Positions 21,331 through 31,488 of a stretch of 64,000 bases of DNA are shown here, piece by piece. How positions within the stretch are numbered: position 1 is the first letter of the stretch; every line of letters starts with the position of its first letter. The notes under the pieces were generated by a model. It was not told the origin of the DNA. It worked only from the letters and a program-made list of their open reading frames with translations, and searched no databases. The stretch comes from Gammaproteobacteria bacterium (GTDB taxonomy: Bacteria > Pseudomonadota > Gammaproteobacteria > SZUA-152). The DNA is taken from assembly GCA_029882975.1 (NCBI GenBank), contig JAOUJW010000015.1:6450-70449 (forward strand), in the 5' to 3' direction. The translations under genes were made by a program, and so were the position numbers.

Positions 21331-23507
21331 CCCAAAAAAGCGGTTCTATCTGTTGTAAGCCGCAGATAGGCCTGATATCGATCACGAATGGAGCGCACAT
21401 AGTTCACAGGCTCCTGCCCCCGCACATAACCGTGCGCCGCTTGTTGAGCATATTTTCGTTTGGACAATAACAGCATGGCCTTTTCTACATGACCGAACCA
21501 GCGGTTGGACTTCCAACCTTTCTTACGTGCCAGGCGCCGGGCGTCATTCACATGCCCCAAGCCCGCATTGTACGCTGCCAAAGCAAACCACATACGATCT
21601 TTAACCGGTAATTCATGCTCAAAACGATCCATGAGCCAGTTCATGTATTTGACTCCTGCTTTGATACCATTTTCCGGCACTTCCAGTTGACTGATACCCA
21701 GTTCCCTTGCCGTGCGTGGCATCACCTGCATTAACCCCTTTGCCCCCACCCAGGACTTGGCGTTGGGATCAAAGCGGCTTTCTTGGTACATTTGCGACAC
21801 TAACAAACGCCAATCCAACTGGTATTGTTTGGCATATTTTTGCATTAACTCATCATAGGGCGATAAGGCCGCACCATTACCACCATCCACACGCTGTTGT
21901 AAACGTTTGGCAATAGCATGGGGCTTTTTAAAGTACTTATTGCGGGTCATATTATAGAACACACCGCGGTATTCTTTCTTGATAAAACGGTTGATTTCCT
22001 CCAGCAGCAGTTGGTCTTCGCTGCGCACCACCCAGGCATGGTCCACCGGTTGCCCCAAGGTAAAAGCTCCTTTGATATCCTCACGCCAAGTGAGCTCAAT
22101 ATCAAGAATGTGACTGTCGGCTACAGTGAGGTCATACTCACCTTGCGCTACCTTTGCAATAATCTCCTCGGTTTCCAGGGTTTCAGGTGCTTTTTTAAGC
22201 TTGAATTTCAGCCCCTGTTGTTGCAGTTGTTGTTGTAATTTCTGTAACGTTTTCCAGTAGGAACTGCTGCCTCTTACTACCACAGTACGACCGTGCAAGC
22301 CCTTCACTTGACCCAAGGGATCATCGCTTCGACTCACCAACATTTCACTGACTTGATTGATTTTCCGGCTTGCACTCACGCCTTGCGCAGCCCACGCAGG
22401 ATCAATGGTCAGAGAAGCGCTGATCAAATCGCCCTTACCCTGCTTTAGCCACGGTAACAATAGCTCTCGTGATGGCGGCACGACCACCTCCAATCGCAAT
22501 CCATGTTGTTGTGCAAACCTCTGCACCAGTTCATAGTCGAACCCCACCAGTTCACCTCGCCACAAAAAATAAGTGGCGGCACTATTGCGCGTCAAAACCC
22601 GCAGTACTTTACGATTTTTGATTTCGGTAAAATCCGCCGTATAAACCGACTGGGTCTTTTGTGTGAGTTTCTCCTGTGACAAAAACTGATCCAGCTTTTG
22701 TTTTAAGGTTGCAGCCTGGGGCCGCACCGCCCAGGCAATAGCCCGTTCACCGCTCACATCAAAAGCAATCGCCAGATCGTCGCGATAGCTAAGCACATGA
22801 GCCGCAATGTTGCTGTCCAATATGGTGTAGCGATTCTTGCTTTGCGCGATATCATCCAAAATGGAGTCCGTCTGCGCCCCCGTCTCAATTTCCTCTATAG
22901 AGACTTTGGAATTCGCCCTTTTAAGTGCTTGTGCTGTATCCCAAAAACTACTGGTTTTTTTCACAGCTACTTGCTTGCCGGTCAACTCGCTGGGTTTGCT
23001 GATGCGCGCGCCGCTGGATCCGATAAGTTGTTCTTTCACAATGGCAACCGGCACCGTGAATAACCACTGTTTTTTTCGCTCCGGTGTCACTGTCATATTG
23101 GCAGCTATAATGTCTGCTTTGCCTTGCAGCAACGCTTGGCCGGTCAATTCAAAACTATCCACGAATACCCAAACCACATTGAGCTTTTCGCGTTCAGCAA
23201 AGCGGTGCAGAAGTTCTATATCTACATTTAAAGGACTGCCCTGACGCGGCAAAAAACCGTCCTGGTTGCCAAAGCGTGGCATCACCACTCGAATTTGTCC
23301 CCGTTGTTGCAGCGTATCGAAATCGCCTTTTTCAATGTAATTGTCGTCGGAATCCAAATCCAAGACCCGGATGTTTTCTGCTGCATCAGATGCAGAAGGC
23401 TGCTGTGAGGGATCACCACAAGACAATAAGCTTAAAAACACTAAGCTTAAAAACACCAATAGCGCCAATAATTGCCAGGGAACTTTAACCATTCGATTCA
23501 TAGCCAC
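21309..23507 (-). CDS. mltF: Membrane-bound lytic murein transglycosylase F, long form with two solute-binding-like domains
   Basis: 732 aa. Lipoprotein signal ..LLSCG. Two SBP_bac_3-like modules. C-terminal SLT domain with catalytic YQESRFDPNAKSWVGAKGLMQVMP. Confidence 0.8.
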   Translation of the reverse strand: MAMNRMVKVPWQLLALLVFLSLVFLSLLSCGDPSQQPSASDAAENIRVLDLDSDDNYIEKGDFDTLQQRGQIRVVMPRFGNQDGFLPRQGSPLNVDIELLHRFAEREKLNVVWVFVDSFELTGQALLQGKADIIAANMTVTPERKKQWLFTVPVAIVKEQLIGSSGARISKPSELTGKQVAVKKTSSFWDTAQALKRANSKVSIEEIETGAQTDSILDDIAQSKNRYTILDSNIAAHVLSYRDDLAIAFDVSGERAIAWAVRPQAATLKQKLDQFLSQEKLTQKTQSVYTADFTEIKNRKVLRVLTRNSAATYFLWRGELVGFDYELVQRFAQQHGLRLEVVVPPSRELLLPWLKQGKGDLISASLTIDPAWAAQGVSASRKINQVSEMLVSRSDDPLGQVKGLHGRTVVVRGSSSYWKTLQKLQQQLQQQGLKFKLKKAPETLETEEIIAKVAQGEYDLTVADSHILDIELTWREDIKGAFTLGQPVDHAWVVRSEDQLLLEEINRFIKKEYRGVFYNMTRNKYFKKPHAIAKRLQQRVDGGNGAALSPYDELMQKYAKQYQLDWRLLVSQMYQESRFDPNAKSWVGAKGLMQVMPRTARELGISQLEVPENGIKAGVKYMNWLMDRFEHELPVKDRMWFALAAYNAGLGHVNDARRLARKKGWKSNRWFGHVEKAMLLLSKRKYAQQAAHGYVRGQEPVNYVRSIRDRYQAYLRLTTDRTAFLGYHHLSK

Positions 23508-23575
23508 GTGCGGGTGAATTCGTTGAGAAAAAATTGTACCGAATTATGAAAGATTTACCAGTGATTTGGGTAGTT

Positions 23576-26500
23576 TCAAATATCAGTACAATCTGAATAC
23601 GGTGGTGAGTCGGTAGAAACGCCGGACAATAACTGGGTATTACCGCCAATGGCTGCAGTATTTACTGTTAATACCCGCTCTGTTGCAAACGCATATAGAT
23701 AGTGTGGTCCACCGGCCTTAGGACCGGTACCGGACAAAGCTTCACCGCCAAAGGGTTGTACCCCGACAGTTGCGCCAATCATATTGCGATTGACATAGAG
23801 ATTCCCGACCCGCGCTTGCAGCCGCACTTTATCCATCGCGGACTCCAAACGGCTGTGCAGCCCCATGGTCAAACCATAACCACTGGCGTTTATGCTTTGC
23901 AGTAGATTTGCTAATTGATTTTGCTTAAATCGCAAAATGTGAAGCACAGGACCAAAAATCTCCTGTTGCAAATCTTCAAATTTCTGAATTTCTATGACAG
24001 CAGGAGCAATAAAATAACCGGTATCGCAACCAGGCGGTAACTCCAATTGAAACACGATATAGCCTTTGTCTCGCATGGCCTGAATATGTGCCAGAACTCG
24101 TTTCCGGGACTGAACATCGATGACCGGCCCCACATCCACACTCAAATCCCAGGGAAAACCTATTTTCAACTCCTGCATCGCACCACGTAGAAGCTGTAGA
24201 ACCGGCTCGGCAATATCGTCCTGTAAACACAGTAGACGCAATGCCGAACACCGCTGTCCTGCACTATTGAATGCGGACAACAAAACATCCTTCACCACTT
24301 GTTGCGGTAAAGCCGAACTATCCACAATCATGGTATTAATGCCACCTGTTTCAGCCACTAGTGGTATAAGAGGACCATCGCCTTTTGCCAACTCACGGTA
24401 GATAATCCTGGCCGTTTGTGTGGAGCCGGTAAAAGCCACCCCCGCCAACTGTGACCGATTCAATACCCGGCGCTGTACCTGCTCACCCGAAACCGCTAAT
24501 AAGTGCAATACCGATTGCGGTACACCCGCTTCGTGAAATAAACGCACCGTTTCACGTGCAATCAAGAAAGTCGCCAACGAAGGTTTGGCCAATACCGTAT
24601 TACCCGCCGCCAGCGCCGCAGCAACTTGACCGGTAAAAATAGCTAAAGGAAAATTCCAGGGACTGATACACAGAAACACACCACGCCCATGCAGGCTAAG
24701 CTCATTACGCTCCCCGGTCACGCCATCTGGTAATACGCTCACAAATTGCTGCCGCAACTGCACGGCATAGTAGCGACAAAAATCCACAGCTTCACGAACT
24801 TCAGCCACTCCATCCTTGATACACTTGCCCGCTTCCAGGGCTAATAACGCCACCAGTTCCAAACGGTGTTGCTGCAGCAATTCCGCCATCCGCTCCAGGC
24901 ATTGCGCTCGCTGTTCTATGGACTTCCTACTCCAATCGGCAAAAGCTTCGTGGGATTGAACCAGAGCCTTATCCAGCTCTCCATCTGTTAACACACGGCT
25001 GTGGCCAACCTGATGTTGGGTATCAGCCGGGCTAAACATGGGGGTTCCGAAGTCCTCCCCCCAATGTTTTTGCAAGAAAAACTGCATTTTTTGTTTAAAC
25101 TCATGCCTCACCAGAGGGTCTGCCAATAGCATCCCTGCGGAGTTAAGACGATCGCGATACAATTGAGGTGGCAATACAACACCATTAACAGCAACACACT
25201 CGTCTGCACTGGCTTTCTCCCTGGCCTGCACTAATGCCACCGGGTGATGGATAAGCGATTCCATCGGTACCGCAGGGTCGCTGATGCGGTTAATAAACGA
25301 AGTATTGGCACCGTTTTCCAATAAGCGCCTTACCAAATAAGGTAATAAATCTTCATGAGCCCCCACCGGCGCGTATACACGACAGGGTCGGGCATCTGCT
25401 TTTTGGGCGTAAGCTGCGTACAGGTCTTCGCCCATGCCGTGTAGGCGCTGCAACTCATAGTGAGTATTATCCGCAGATTTCGCCATTACCGTAATACAAG
25501 CCAGAGTATGGGCATTGTGCGTGGCAAACTGAGGGTAAAACCAGGTGGACTGCAACAAAATCTGAGCACAAAGCAAATAGGATACATCGGTGTGTTCTTT
25601 ACGGGTAAATACCGGATACGTCGTTAATCCCTGTTCTTGGGCCCATTTAATCTCCGAATCCCAATAGGCCCCTTTGACCAAACGCACCGGGATCTGACAC
25701 TGATTTTCCTGGGCCAAAGCCTCCAACCACTGCAGTACGGCCGGAGCTCGTTTTTGATACGCTTGTACCGCCAGCCCCAGACCACCCCATCCCTGCAACT
25801 GCTCGTGACACAACAGTTGCTCAAATAAGTCCAGCATAAGTTCCAGGCGATCGGCTTCTTCAGCGTCCAGCGTAATTCCCACTTGGTGTTGTCGTGCCAA
25901 CACAGCCAAGCTCAGTAATTCAGGAAACAGTTCCTGTATAACCCTTTGAGACTGGGAATATTCGTATCGCGGATGCAAGGCGGAGAGTTTCACTGAAATA
26001 CTCACACAATGCTGCGGCAACTGATCACCCAGTTCCTGACCACCTGGATTACGATCACGTAAGGCTGCGGCTATTATGGCCTGGGTATAGTCCTTAATAT
26101 AGCGCCGGGTATCTGCCTGGCAAATGGCAGCCTCACCTAACATATCGAAGGAAAACAAATTAGCCTTGAATTCGTCACCTTTACTGCGCCGTATGGCTGC
26201 TTCTATGGTGTCGGCCATAACATACTGTTGACTGACATTTTTCATCGCTTCTTTCATGGCCGTCCGGACCACCGGCTCACTTAACCGCGCCACCAACGCT
26301 CCAAAAAAACTACCAGGATCCGATAACTGATTCGCATCGAGCTGCACCATGCGTCCAGTCAACATCAAACCCCAAGTCCCCGCATTAACAAACAAGGACT
26401 GGCTCTTATTCATATGGCCCAGCCAATCGGCTTGGGACAACTTATCCTTAATCAGTTGGTCTGCAGTTTTGGAATCGGGAATACGCAACAAAGACTCAGC

Positions 26501-26749
26501 CAAACACAATAGCAACACACCCTCCTTAGAGGACAAATCATACTCGCGCAAAAAAGCATCAATGCCACCGCTATCCGCGTTTTTGTCCCTTACCGCCACT
26601 ACCCAACGACGCGCCAGATCCCTCACGACCTCGCTGTCCGTGCTGTTGTGCTGGAACTGACTCAATAATTGCTGTAGACAAACCGCCTCATCCGCCAAAT
26701 ATGCGGCACGGATTTTTTCTCGTAGGAAGTGCTTGTCCTGGAAACGCAT
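23576..26749 (-). CDS. putA: Bifunctional proline dehydrogenase / 1-pyrroline-5-carboxylate dehydrogenase PutA (no N-terminal DNA-binding domain)
   Basis: 1057 aa. PRODH TIM-barrel region followed by an ALDH domain. Shorter than E. coli PutA, consistent with the non-regulatory form. Confidence 0.95.
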   Translation of the reverse strand: MRFQDKHFLREKIRAAYLADEAVCLQQLLSQFQHNSTDSEVVRDLARRWVVAVRDKNADSGGIDAFLREYDLSSKEGVLLLCLAESLLRIPDSKTADQLIKDKLSQADWLGHMNKSQSLFVNAGTWGLMLTGRMVQLDANQLSDPGSFFGALVARLSEPVVRTAMKEAMKNVSQQYVMADTIEAAIRRSKGDEFKANLFSFDMLGEAAICQADTRRYIKDYTQAIIAAALRDRNPGGQELGDQLPQHCVSISVKLSALHPRYEYSQSQRVIQELFPELLSLAVLARQHQVGITLDAEEADRLELMLDLFEQLLCHEQLQGWGGLGLAVQAYQKRAPAVLQWLEALAQENQCQIPVRLVKGAYWDSEIKWAQEQGLTTYPVFTRKEHTDVSYLLCAQILLQSTWFYPQFATHNAHTLACITVMAKSADNTHYELQRLHGMGEDLYAAYAQKADARPCRVYAPVGAHEDLLPYLVRRLLENGANTSFINRISDPAVPMESLIHHPVALVQAREKASADECVAVNGVVLPPQLYRDRLNSAGMLLADPLVRHEFKQKMQFFLQKHWGEDFGTPMFSPADTQHQVGHSRVLTDGELDKALVQSHEAFADWSRKSIEQRAQCLERMAELLQQHRLELVALLALEAGKCIKDGVAEVREAVDFCRYYAVQLRQQFVSVLPDGVTGERNELSLHGRGVFLCISPWNFPLAIFTGQVAAALAAGNTVLAKPSLATFLIARETVRLFHEAGVPQSVLHLLAVSGEQVQRRVLNRSQLAGVAFTGSTQTARIIYRELAKGDGPLIPLVAETGGINTMIVDSSALPQQVVKDVLLSAFNSAGQRCSALRLLCLQDDIAEPVLQLLRGAMQELKIGFPWDLSVDVGPVIDVQSRKRVLAHIQAMRDKGYIVFQLELPPGCDTGYFIAPAVIEIQKFEDLQQEIFGPVLHILRFKQNQLANLLQSINASGYGLTMGLHSRLESAMDKVRLQARVGNLYVNRNMIGATVGVQPFGGEALSGTGPKAGGPHYLYAFATERVLTVNTAAIGGNTQLLSGVSTDSPPYSDCTDI

Positions 26750-26879
26750 TAGACCACCGGCTTGAAAATTGCTTGTTAACCCTTACATAGACTTACATTG
26801 ATACTATAGTTTTACCTGTGGATTTATTCATTAAGCGCGCCAGTTTTACTTTGGAATAACCAGAAAATACAGAGAGTTA

Positions 26880-27731
26880 TTGATGTTTCATTTTGACGTC
26901 GACAGCAGCAACTTTCAGGAAAAGGTCCTTGAAGCTTCGCATAGCACCCCGGTTCTGGTGGATTTCTGGGCGCCCTGGTGTGGCCCTTGCCGTTCGCTCA
27001 AACCTCTCCTGGAAAAACTGGCGGATGAATATGGTGGAAAATTTCTCCTGGCCAAAGTGAACTCTGACGAACAATCCACATTGGCGGCGCAGTTTGGCGT
27101 TCGAGGCATCCCCGATGTGCGCGCCGTGGTTAATGGTGCTGTCGTTGACGGTTTTTCCGGTGCTCTACCCGAGTCGGCCCTACGCCAATTTTTGGCAAAA
27201 ATCATTCCCAGCCCGGCGGAAGAGTTACGCCAACAAGCCCTGAATGCGCGAGCTGAAGGACGTCTCGATGAGGCTCAGCAGTTGTTGCAACAAGCGGCGA
27301 ACCTGGACAGCGACAATCACAAAATTAATTTAGATCAAGCCGCTTTGCTTCTGCAACAAAAGAAAATCGATGAGGCCAAAGCCATTATTGAACATTTACC
27401 CGTGAATGTCCGCCAAGAGGAAGATGTGGTCAAACTAACTGCGGAAATAGAGTTACAGGAAAACCTCCGACATCTTCCCGATCTGAACACTTTACAACAA
27501 AACATCGCAACAAATCCCGGAGACCTGCAATCACGCTTGGACCTGGCCAATCACTACATCGGCTCGCAGGATTATGAGGCAGCATTCGAACAACTGTTCG
27601 AAATCATCAAAACCGACCGCGGTTTTAAAGATGACATAGGACGACACACCGCCGTCTCCATTTTCACTCTGCTGGGTAATAATGATTTGGTACGCCAATA
27701 CCGTAAACGATTGGCGACTTTGTTGAATTAG
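26880..27731 (+). CDS. Thioredoxin-domain plus TPR chaperedoxin (YbbN/CnoX-like)
   Basis: 283 aa. N-terminal Trx fold with WAPWCGPC. C-terminal TPR-like helical repeats. Confidence 0.75.
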   Translation: MMFHFDVDSSNFQEKVLEASHSTPVLVDFWAPWCGPCRSLKPLLEKLADEYGGKFLLAKVNSDEQSTLAAQFGVRGIPDVRAVVNGAVVDGFSGALPESALRQFLAKIIPSPAEELRQQALNARAEGRLDEAQQLLQQAANLDSDNHKINLDQAALLLQQKKIDEAKAIIEHLPVNVRQEEDVVKLTAEIELQENLRHLPDLNTLQQNIATNPGDLQSRLDLANHYIGSQDYEAAFEQLFEIIKTDRGFKDDIGRHTAVSIFTLLGNNDLVRQYRKRLATLLN

Positions 27732-27761
27732 TTATTTTGTATTTTGTGAATATGCGTTTCG

Positions 27762-28457
27762 CTAAATCTCACTAGCCGGCGGCAAGTCAGCGTAAATGCT
27801 ATTAGCCATCCAGGCCGTAATATCTCGAATCAACATGGGATTACCCACGATGGTCATATCGCCTTCTCGTTGGGCCTGTTTGTAGCTACGATCCCCCATC
27901 CAGATATCCGCCAGGGTTCGTACGGTTGAAGTGAAATACACATCCACCTCTTTTCCCGGGTCGTTGGTACACACATCCAATTCGCTGCCCTGCGCCACCA
28001 ACCACCAGCTTGGGTATTCCTTGATATCCGTGAATTGGAAACGAACAACGGTTTCCTTACCAATCAGTTTTTCCGGAATAATACTCCGCTGCAGGTACAA
28101 CATCAGCAGCTCCACATCGTAGTCTTTCTCTGACAATTTAGACCTTGCCCAACGCATCCCCCATTCTCCCAATTTGAATACGATAGGGGTTAACTCCCGG
28201 CAGGACTCTGTTGCAAAGTATTCATGGCCTTTCTGCCCCGGGATTTTCTTTTTAAGCACAAGTCCGTAGTGTTCTAAAGTATCAAGGCGTTTGGACAGTA
28301 ATGTGGGTGATATCTGAGTCAGACCCCGCTGTAACTCATTGAATCGGGTCGCTCCCAACAGCAGTTCCCGTACAATGAGAATAGTCCACTTTTCTCCCAG
28401 GATTTCTGTCGCTTTCGCCACCGGACAAAACTGACCATACTCCATGTAGCACTCCAA
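27762..28457 (-). CDS. HxlR-family winged-helix transcriptional regulator with an extra C-terminal domain
   Basis: 231 aa. CPVAKATEILGEKWTILIVREL is the hallmark HxlR N-terminus. About 120 extra residues follow. Confidence 0.7.
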   Translation of the reverse strand: MECYMEYGQFCPVAKATEILGEKWTILIVRELLLGATRFNELQRGLTQISPTLLSKRLDTLEHYGLVLKKKIPGQKGHEYFATESCRELTPIVFKLGEWGMRWARSKLSEKDYDVELLMLYLQRSIIPEKLIGKETVVRFQFTDIKEYPSWWLVAQGSELDVCTNDPGKEVDVYFTSTVRTLADIWMGDRSYKQAQREGDMTIVGNPMLIRDITAWMANSIYADLPPASEI

Positions 28458-28604
28458 TTTCTTTAGGGATTTATAAAACAGATTCTGTAGTTCGTTACTC
28501 CATTTTCTGTAGTTAGATACTACACAAATGCGAGTATTTTAAAAACAGTGATCTACCTAAACTTTCTCCCCATCAAGCACAACTCAATTATCAGGAGAAA
28601 GACT

Positions 28605-28835
28605 ATGCAGACACACACCGATGTTATGATCCACATCCCCAAACTCACGGAGGATCAGCAGTTTAGCGAGATTGCTGAACAGATTCGCGCTCTCGCAGGC
28701 GTGTTTCACTTCGAACGTATGCAAGTACGCCCCAGCATTGTCTTGCTGGTCTACGATGCCACAAAAATACGCGCTTTGAACATTCTGGATCGAATCCACA
28801 AAAAGGGGTTCAGCGCATCCTTGATCGGGATGTAA
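28605..28835 (+). CDS. Hypothetical 76-aa protein, divergent from the HxlR regulator
   Basis: Good RBS (AGGAGA 8 nt upstream of the ATG at 28605). Predicted small alpha/beta protein. No motif recognised. Confidence 0.4.
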   Translation: MQTHTDVMIHIPKLTEDQQFSEIAEQIRALAGVFHFERMQVRPSIVLLVYDATKIRALNILDRIHKKGFSASLIGM

Positions 28836-28936
28836 GCGTACCATGGCGACCCAATCAGAAATTATGTCCTTGCTATGGAAGTTTTTCGAAATCATGAGCC
28901 ACCGGGCTTATAGTACTTACTAACAGGAGAACCAAT

Positions 28937-29674
28937 ATGAAACCACTGAAAAAATCCCTGACTTTATTATATGGAGTTTTTGCCTACCTTGCCTTTTTGC
29001 TGGTATTTACTTATGCCATTTTGTTTATCGGCAACCTGTGGGTAACACCTTCTTTAGATACGGTTGCACAAACAGATACTATTCATGCTTTGCTGGTTGA
29101 CTTGGGACTACTTGGTGCATTTGCTCTGCAACACAGCATTATGGCACGCCCAGGTTTTAAACGCTTATGGACTAAGATAGTCCCGGAGCCAATGGAACGC
29201 AGTACTTACGTGCTGGCCTCCACCGTGCTGCTGGCGGCAATCGTTTATTTCTGGGAACCCCTGGGCGGAGCTATCTGGCATGTTACCCACCCCGTTGCGG
29301 TCACAGCAATTTATGCTGCCTTCACGATGGGCTGGGCGATACTGTTTGCGGCTACCATTCAAATAAACCACTTTGATTTGTTCGGTTTAAGACAGGTATG
29401 GTTGAATTTTCGCAACCAGCCGTATACTCAGGTTAAATTTAAAACGCCTTTTTTATATCGGCATATGCGTCACCCACTCTATGTAGGAATGATGATTGGC
29501 ATGTGGGCCACCCCCACCATGACGATTGCCCACCTGGTTTTTGCAATCATGTGCACCGCCTACATCTTTATTGGTGTTCGCTTAGAAGAAAACGACCTGA
29601 AAAAGGTTTTGCCTGAATACGAGCAATACAAAAAAGATGTTCCTATGTTTTTACCGTCGCTAAGCTCACGCTAA
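28937..29674 (+). CDS. Integral-membrane methyltransferase of the ICMT/PEMT/NnrU (isoprenylcysteine carboxyl methyltransferase) superfamily; possibly MddA-like
   Basis: 245 aa with multiple TM helices. C-terminal RHPLY...EE motif (YRHMRHPLYVG ... RLEENDL) typical of this SAM-dependent membrane methyltransferase family. RBS AGGAGA. Confidence 0.65.
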   Translation: MKPLKKSLTLLYGVFAYLAFLLVFTYAILFIGNLWVTPSLDTVAQTDTIHALLVDLGLLGAFALQHSIMARPGFKRLWTKIVPEPMERSTYVLASTVLLAAIVYFWEPLGGAIWHVTHPVAVTAIYAAFTMGWAILFAATIQINHFDLFGLRQVWLNFRNQPYTQVKFKTPFLYRHMRHPLYVGMMIGMWATPTMTIAHLVFAIMCTAYIFIGVRLEENDLKKVLPEYEQYKKDVPMFLPSLSSR

Positions 29675-29757
29675 ATCCCCATTGCGGCTTAGACGGTAAT
29701 GTAACCAGTTGCGTGGGCATGAAGTTTGTGCCCGCGCTACTCATTTGGATTAATAAT

Positions 29758-30078
29758 TCAGTCTTGCATTACCCCCCATGAATCGCATACCCCGCCATAA
29801 GGTGCCATAAGTCTGGAAACAATATCCTGTATCTCAATAACCAAGGGATAATTCAGTTTTTTTACAATAGACAACTGAACATAGCCGTTGTAGTCGTCAC
29901 CGGGTTCAATGACCCGAATATTTCCGTAGCGATCCCTTAACACCCCCAACGCCTCCATTTGCGGCGGCCAAGTTTCAAATTCAACATTAAAATCGATTTC
30001 ATATTCTCTGGAAAAATCAAATTTATTTAATTCCAGTCTTCTAAAAACATCACCATCCTCATCATCGGGCCACCCCAT
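29758..30078 (-). CDS. Small acidic protein, RraB (YjgD)-like / DUF695-like
   Basis: 106 aa, very acidic (MGWPDDEDGDVF..). The family assignment is by eye and tentative. Confidence 0.45.
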   Translation of the reverse strand: MGWPDDEDGDVFRRLELNKFDFSREYEIDFNVEFETWPPQMEALGVLRDRYGNIRVIEPGDDYNGYVQLSIVKKLNYPLVIEIQDIVSRLMAPYGGVCDSWGVMQD

Positions 30079-30714
30079 ATAATTTCCTTTGCAATTGAAA
30101 AACTAACTAAATATCAGAATAACAACGATTCCAACAAAGCTTACCGGCCAAAACCATAGCGTATACCTTGTATAGGAAGCCGCAATATATACACCCTACG
30201 CCACAACAAATGCCCAGACACCGTAAAAAGGCAACGATGCAGTGATCCCCAATGTGGCAAACTTTATTAAAAAAGCGCCAACGGCCCATGCCGTCGCCGC
30301 CATCCGTTCATTATTGTCCGGCTTCCACATCCATATGAAAGTAATAAAAAAAGGGAGTTTAAAAGATAGTATCACCATGTTTACTACATAAGTCTAAATG
30401 GTATAACTTCAATAAATTTTCCCTCCCCTTAGTATATTTGATAACGCTAACAACGCAATTCATAGACTCTAATTACTCCGAGAGTCCGATTACTCAACCC
30501 GATCTGTTCTTCCGGACGTAAACAGGAGTACCCCGTTTCTCATAAGCCAGTCCATATCAAAACCTAAAACCCTACACACTGGACCTGACTCCAGGAAAGT
30601 GCTCGGGCAGGCGTTAATGATCGAAAAATCTCAATTTTTTGAATTCAATATTTGGTGGCGATAATTTAGTCTTTATGGAACAATATCGGCATCAAACGAC
30701 GAAAACGGACCGAA

Positions 30715-31056
30715 ATGCAATTGCATAAATCATTAACATCCTGGGGTTCATCAGGTTTTGATCAAACGTTTAGGCAGGAAGTCCAAGAACTGAACTCCGC
30801 CGCGCTACCACTGCAGCAAGGACTTAGTTACTGCAGCCAGGTCAGCGAATCCGCGATAAATGTGGTGATTCTGGCCTCAGCAGAACTAGAACATTCCATT
30901 CAAGTAAAAACGGGAATTTTCTATACCGGCATCATCGCCGGAAGCTGTTGCTCGGATGACCCCACACCGGTTGACGAACAAAGCGAATATTGTGAACTGC
31001 TGTTTATCATAGACAAGTTCTCCGCAGAGACTCAGGTTTCCCTTTTAGAAAGCTGA
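30715..31056 (+). CDS. Hypothetical Cys-containing 113-aa protein
   Basis: ORF with contiguous Cys (GSCCSDD). Forms a likely operon with the downstream ABM monooxygenase (23-bp gap). Confidence 0.5.
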   Translation: MQLHKSLTSWGSSGFDQTFRQEVQELNSAALPLQQGLSYCSQVSESAINVVILASAELEHSIQVKTGIFYTGIIAGSCCSDDPTPVDEQSEYCELLFIIDKFSAETQVSLLES

Positions 31057-31079
31057 TATCGAATCCAAAAGGAAGAGAC

Positions 31080-31385
31080 ATGCTGACCATCATGATTCAT
31101 GCAACCATCAAGCAGGACAAATTGGACGACTATATTGAGCTTATTAGAATGCTCTCCCAAAAGGCCGGCAAGAAAGGCTGCTTATTTTATCGTTTTAATC
31201 AAAACCGGGAAGATCCGTTCAATTTCGTGTTGTATGAACAATGGGAAAGTCAGGAGGCCTTGGACGTTCACATGCAAGAGTTATTTGCCCTATTGGGACC
31301 GTGCCGCCCGGGAAGCCCCATACCGGATAAGTTAATGGATATGTATGAGTCCGTAACTCCGGTTTTTTATGACGTTATAGAGTAA
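31080..31385 (+). CDS. Antibiotic-biosynthesis-monooxygenase (ABM) domain protein (YgiN/quinol monooxygenase-like)
   Basis: 101 aa. ABM-like ferredoxin fold pattern (..YRFNQNREDPFNFVLYEQWESQEALDVH..). RBS AGGAAG. Confidence 0.7.
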   Translation: MLTIMIHATIKQDKLDDYIELIRMLSQKAGKKGCLFYRFNQNREDPFNFVLYEQWESQEALDVHMQELFALLGPCRPGSPIPDKLMDMYESVTPVFYDVIE

Positions 31386-31488
31386 GCCCGAGTGGGCACA
31401 ACTCTTATTCCCAAATAATTTCGCCCACCCCAGGAATGTAGCTTGGGTTAGCGGTATCAATTAGGAAGTTCAGCGATCGAGTCGGAAT

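Noticed and set aside
30107-30378. Two overlapping 60-codon minus-strand ORFs in the AT-rich gap (possible small membrane protein)
   Set aside because: There is no RBS and the frames are inconsistent. They may be a decayed gene. They are mentioned in a finding but not called as features.
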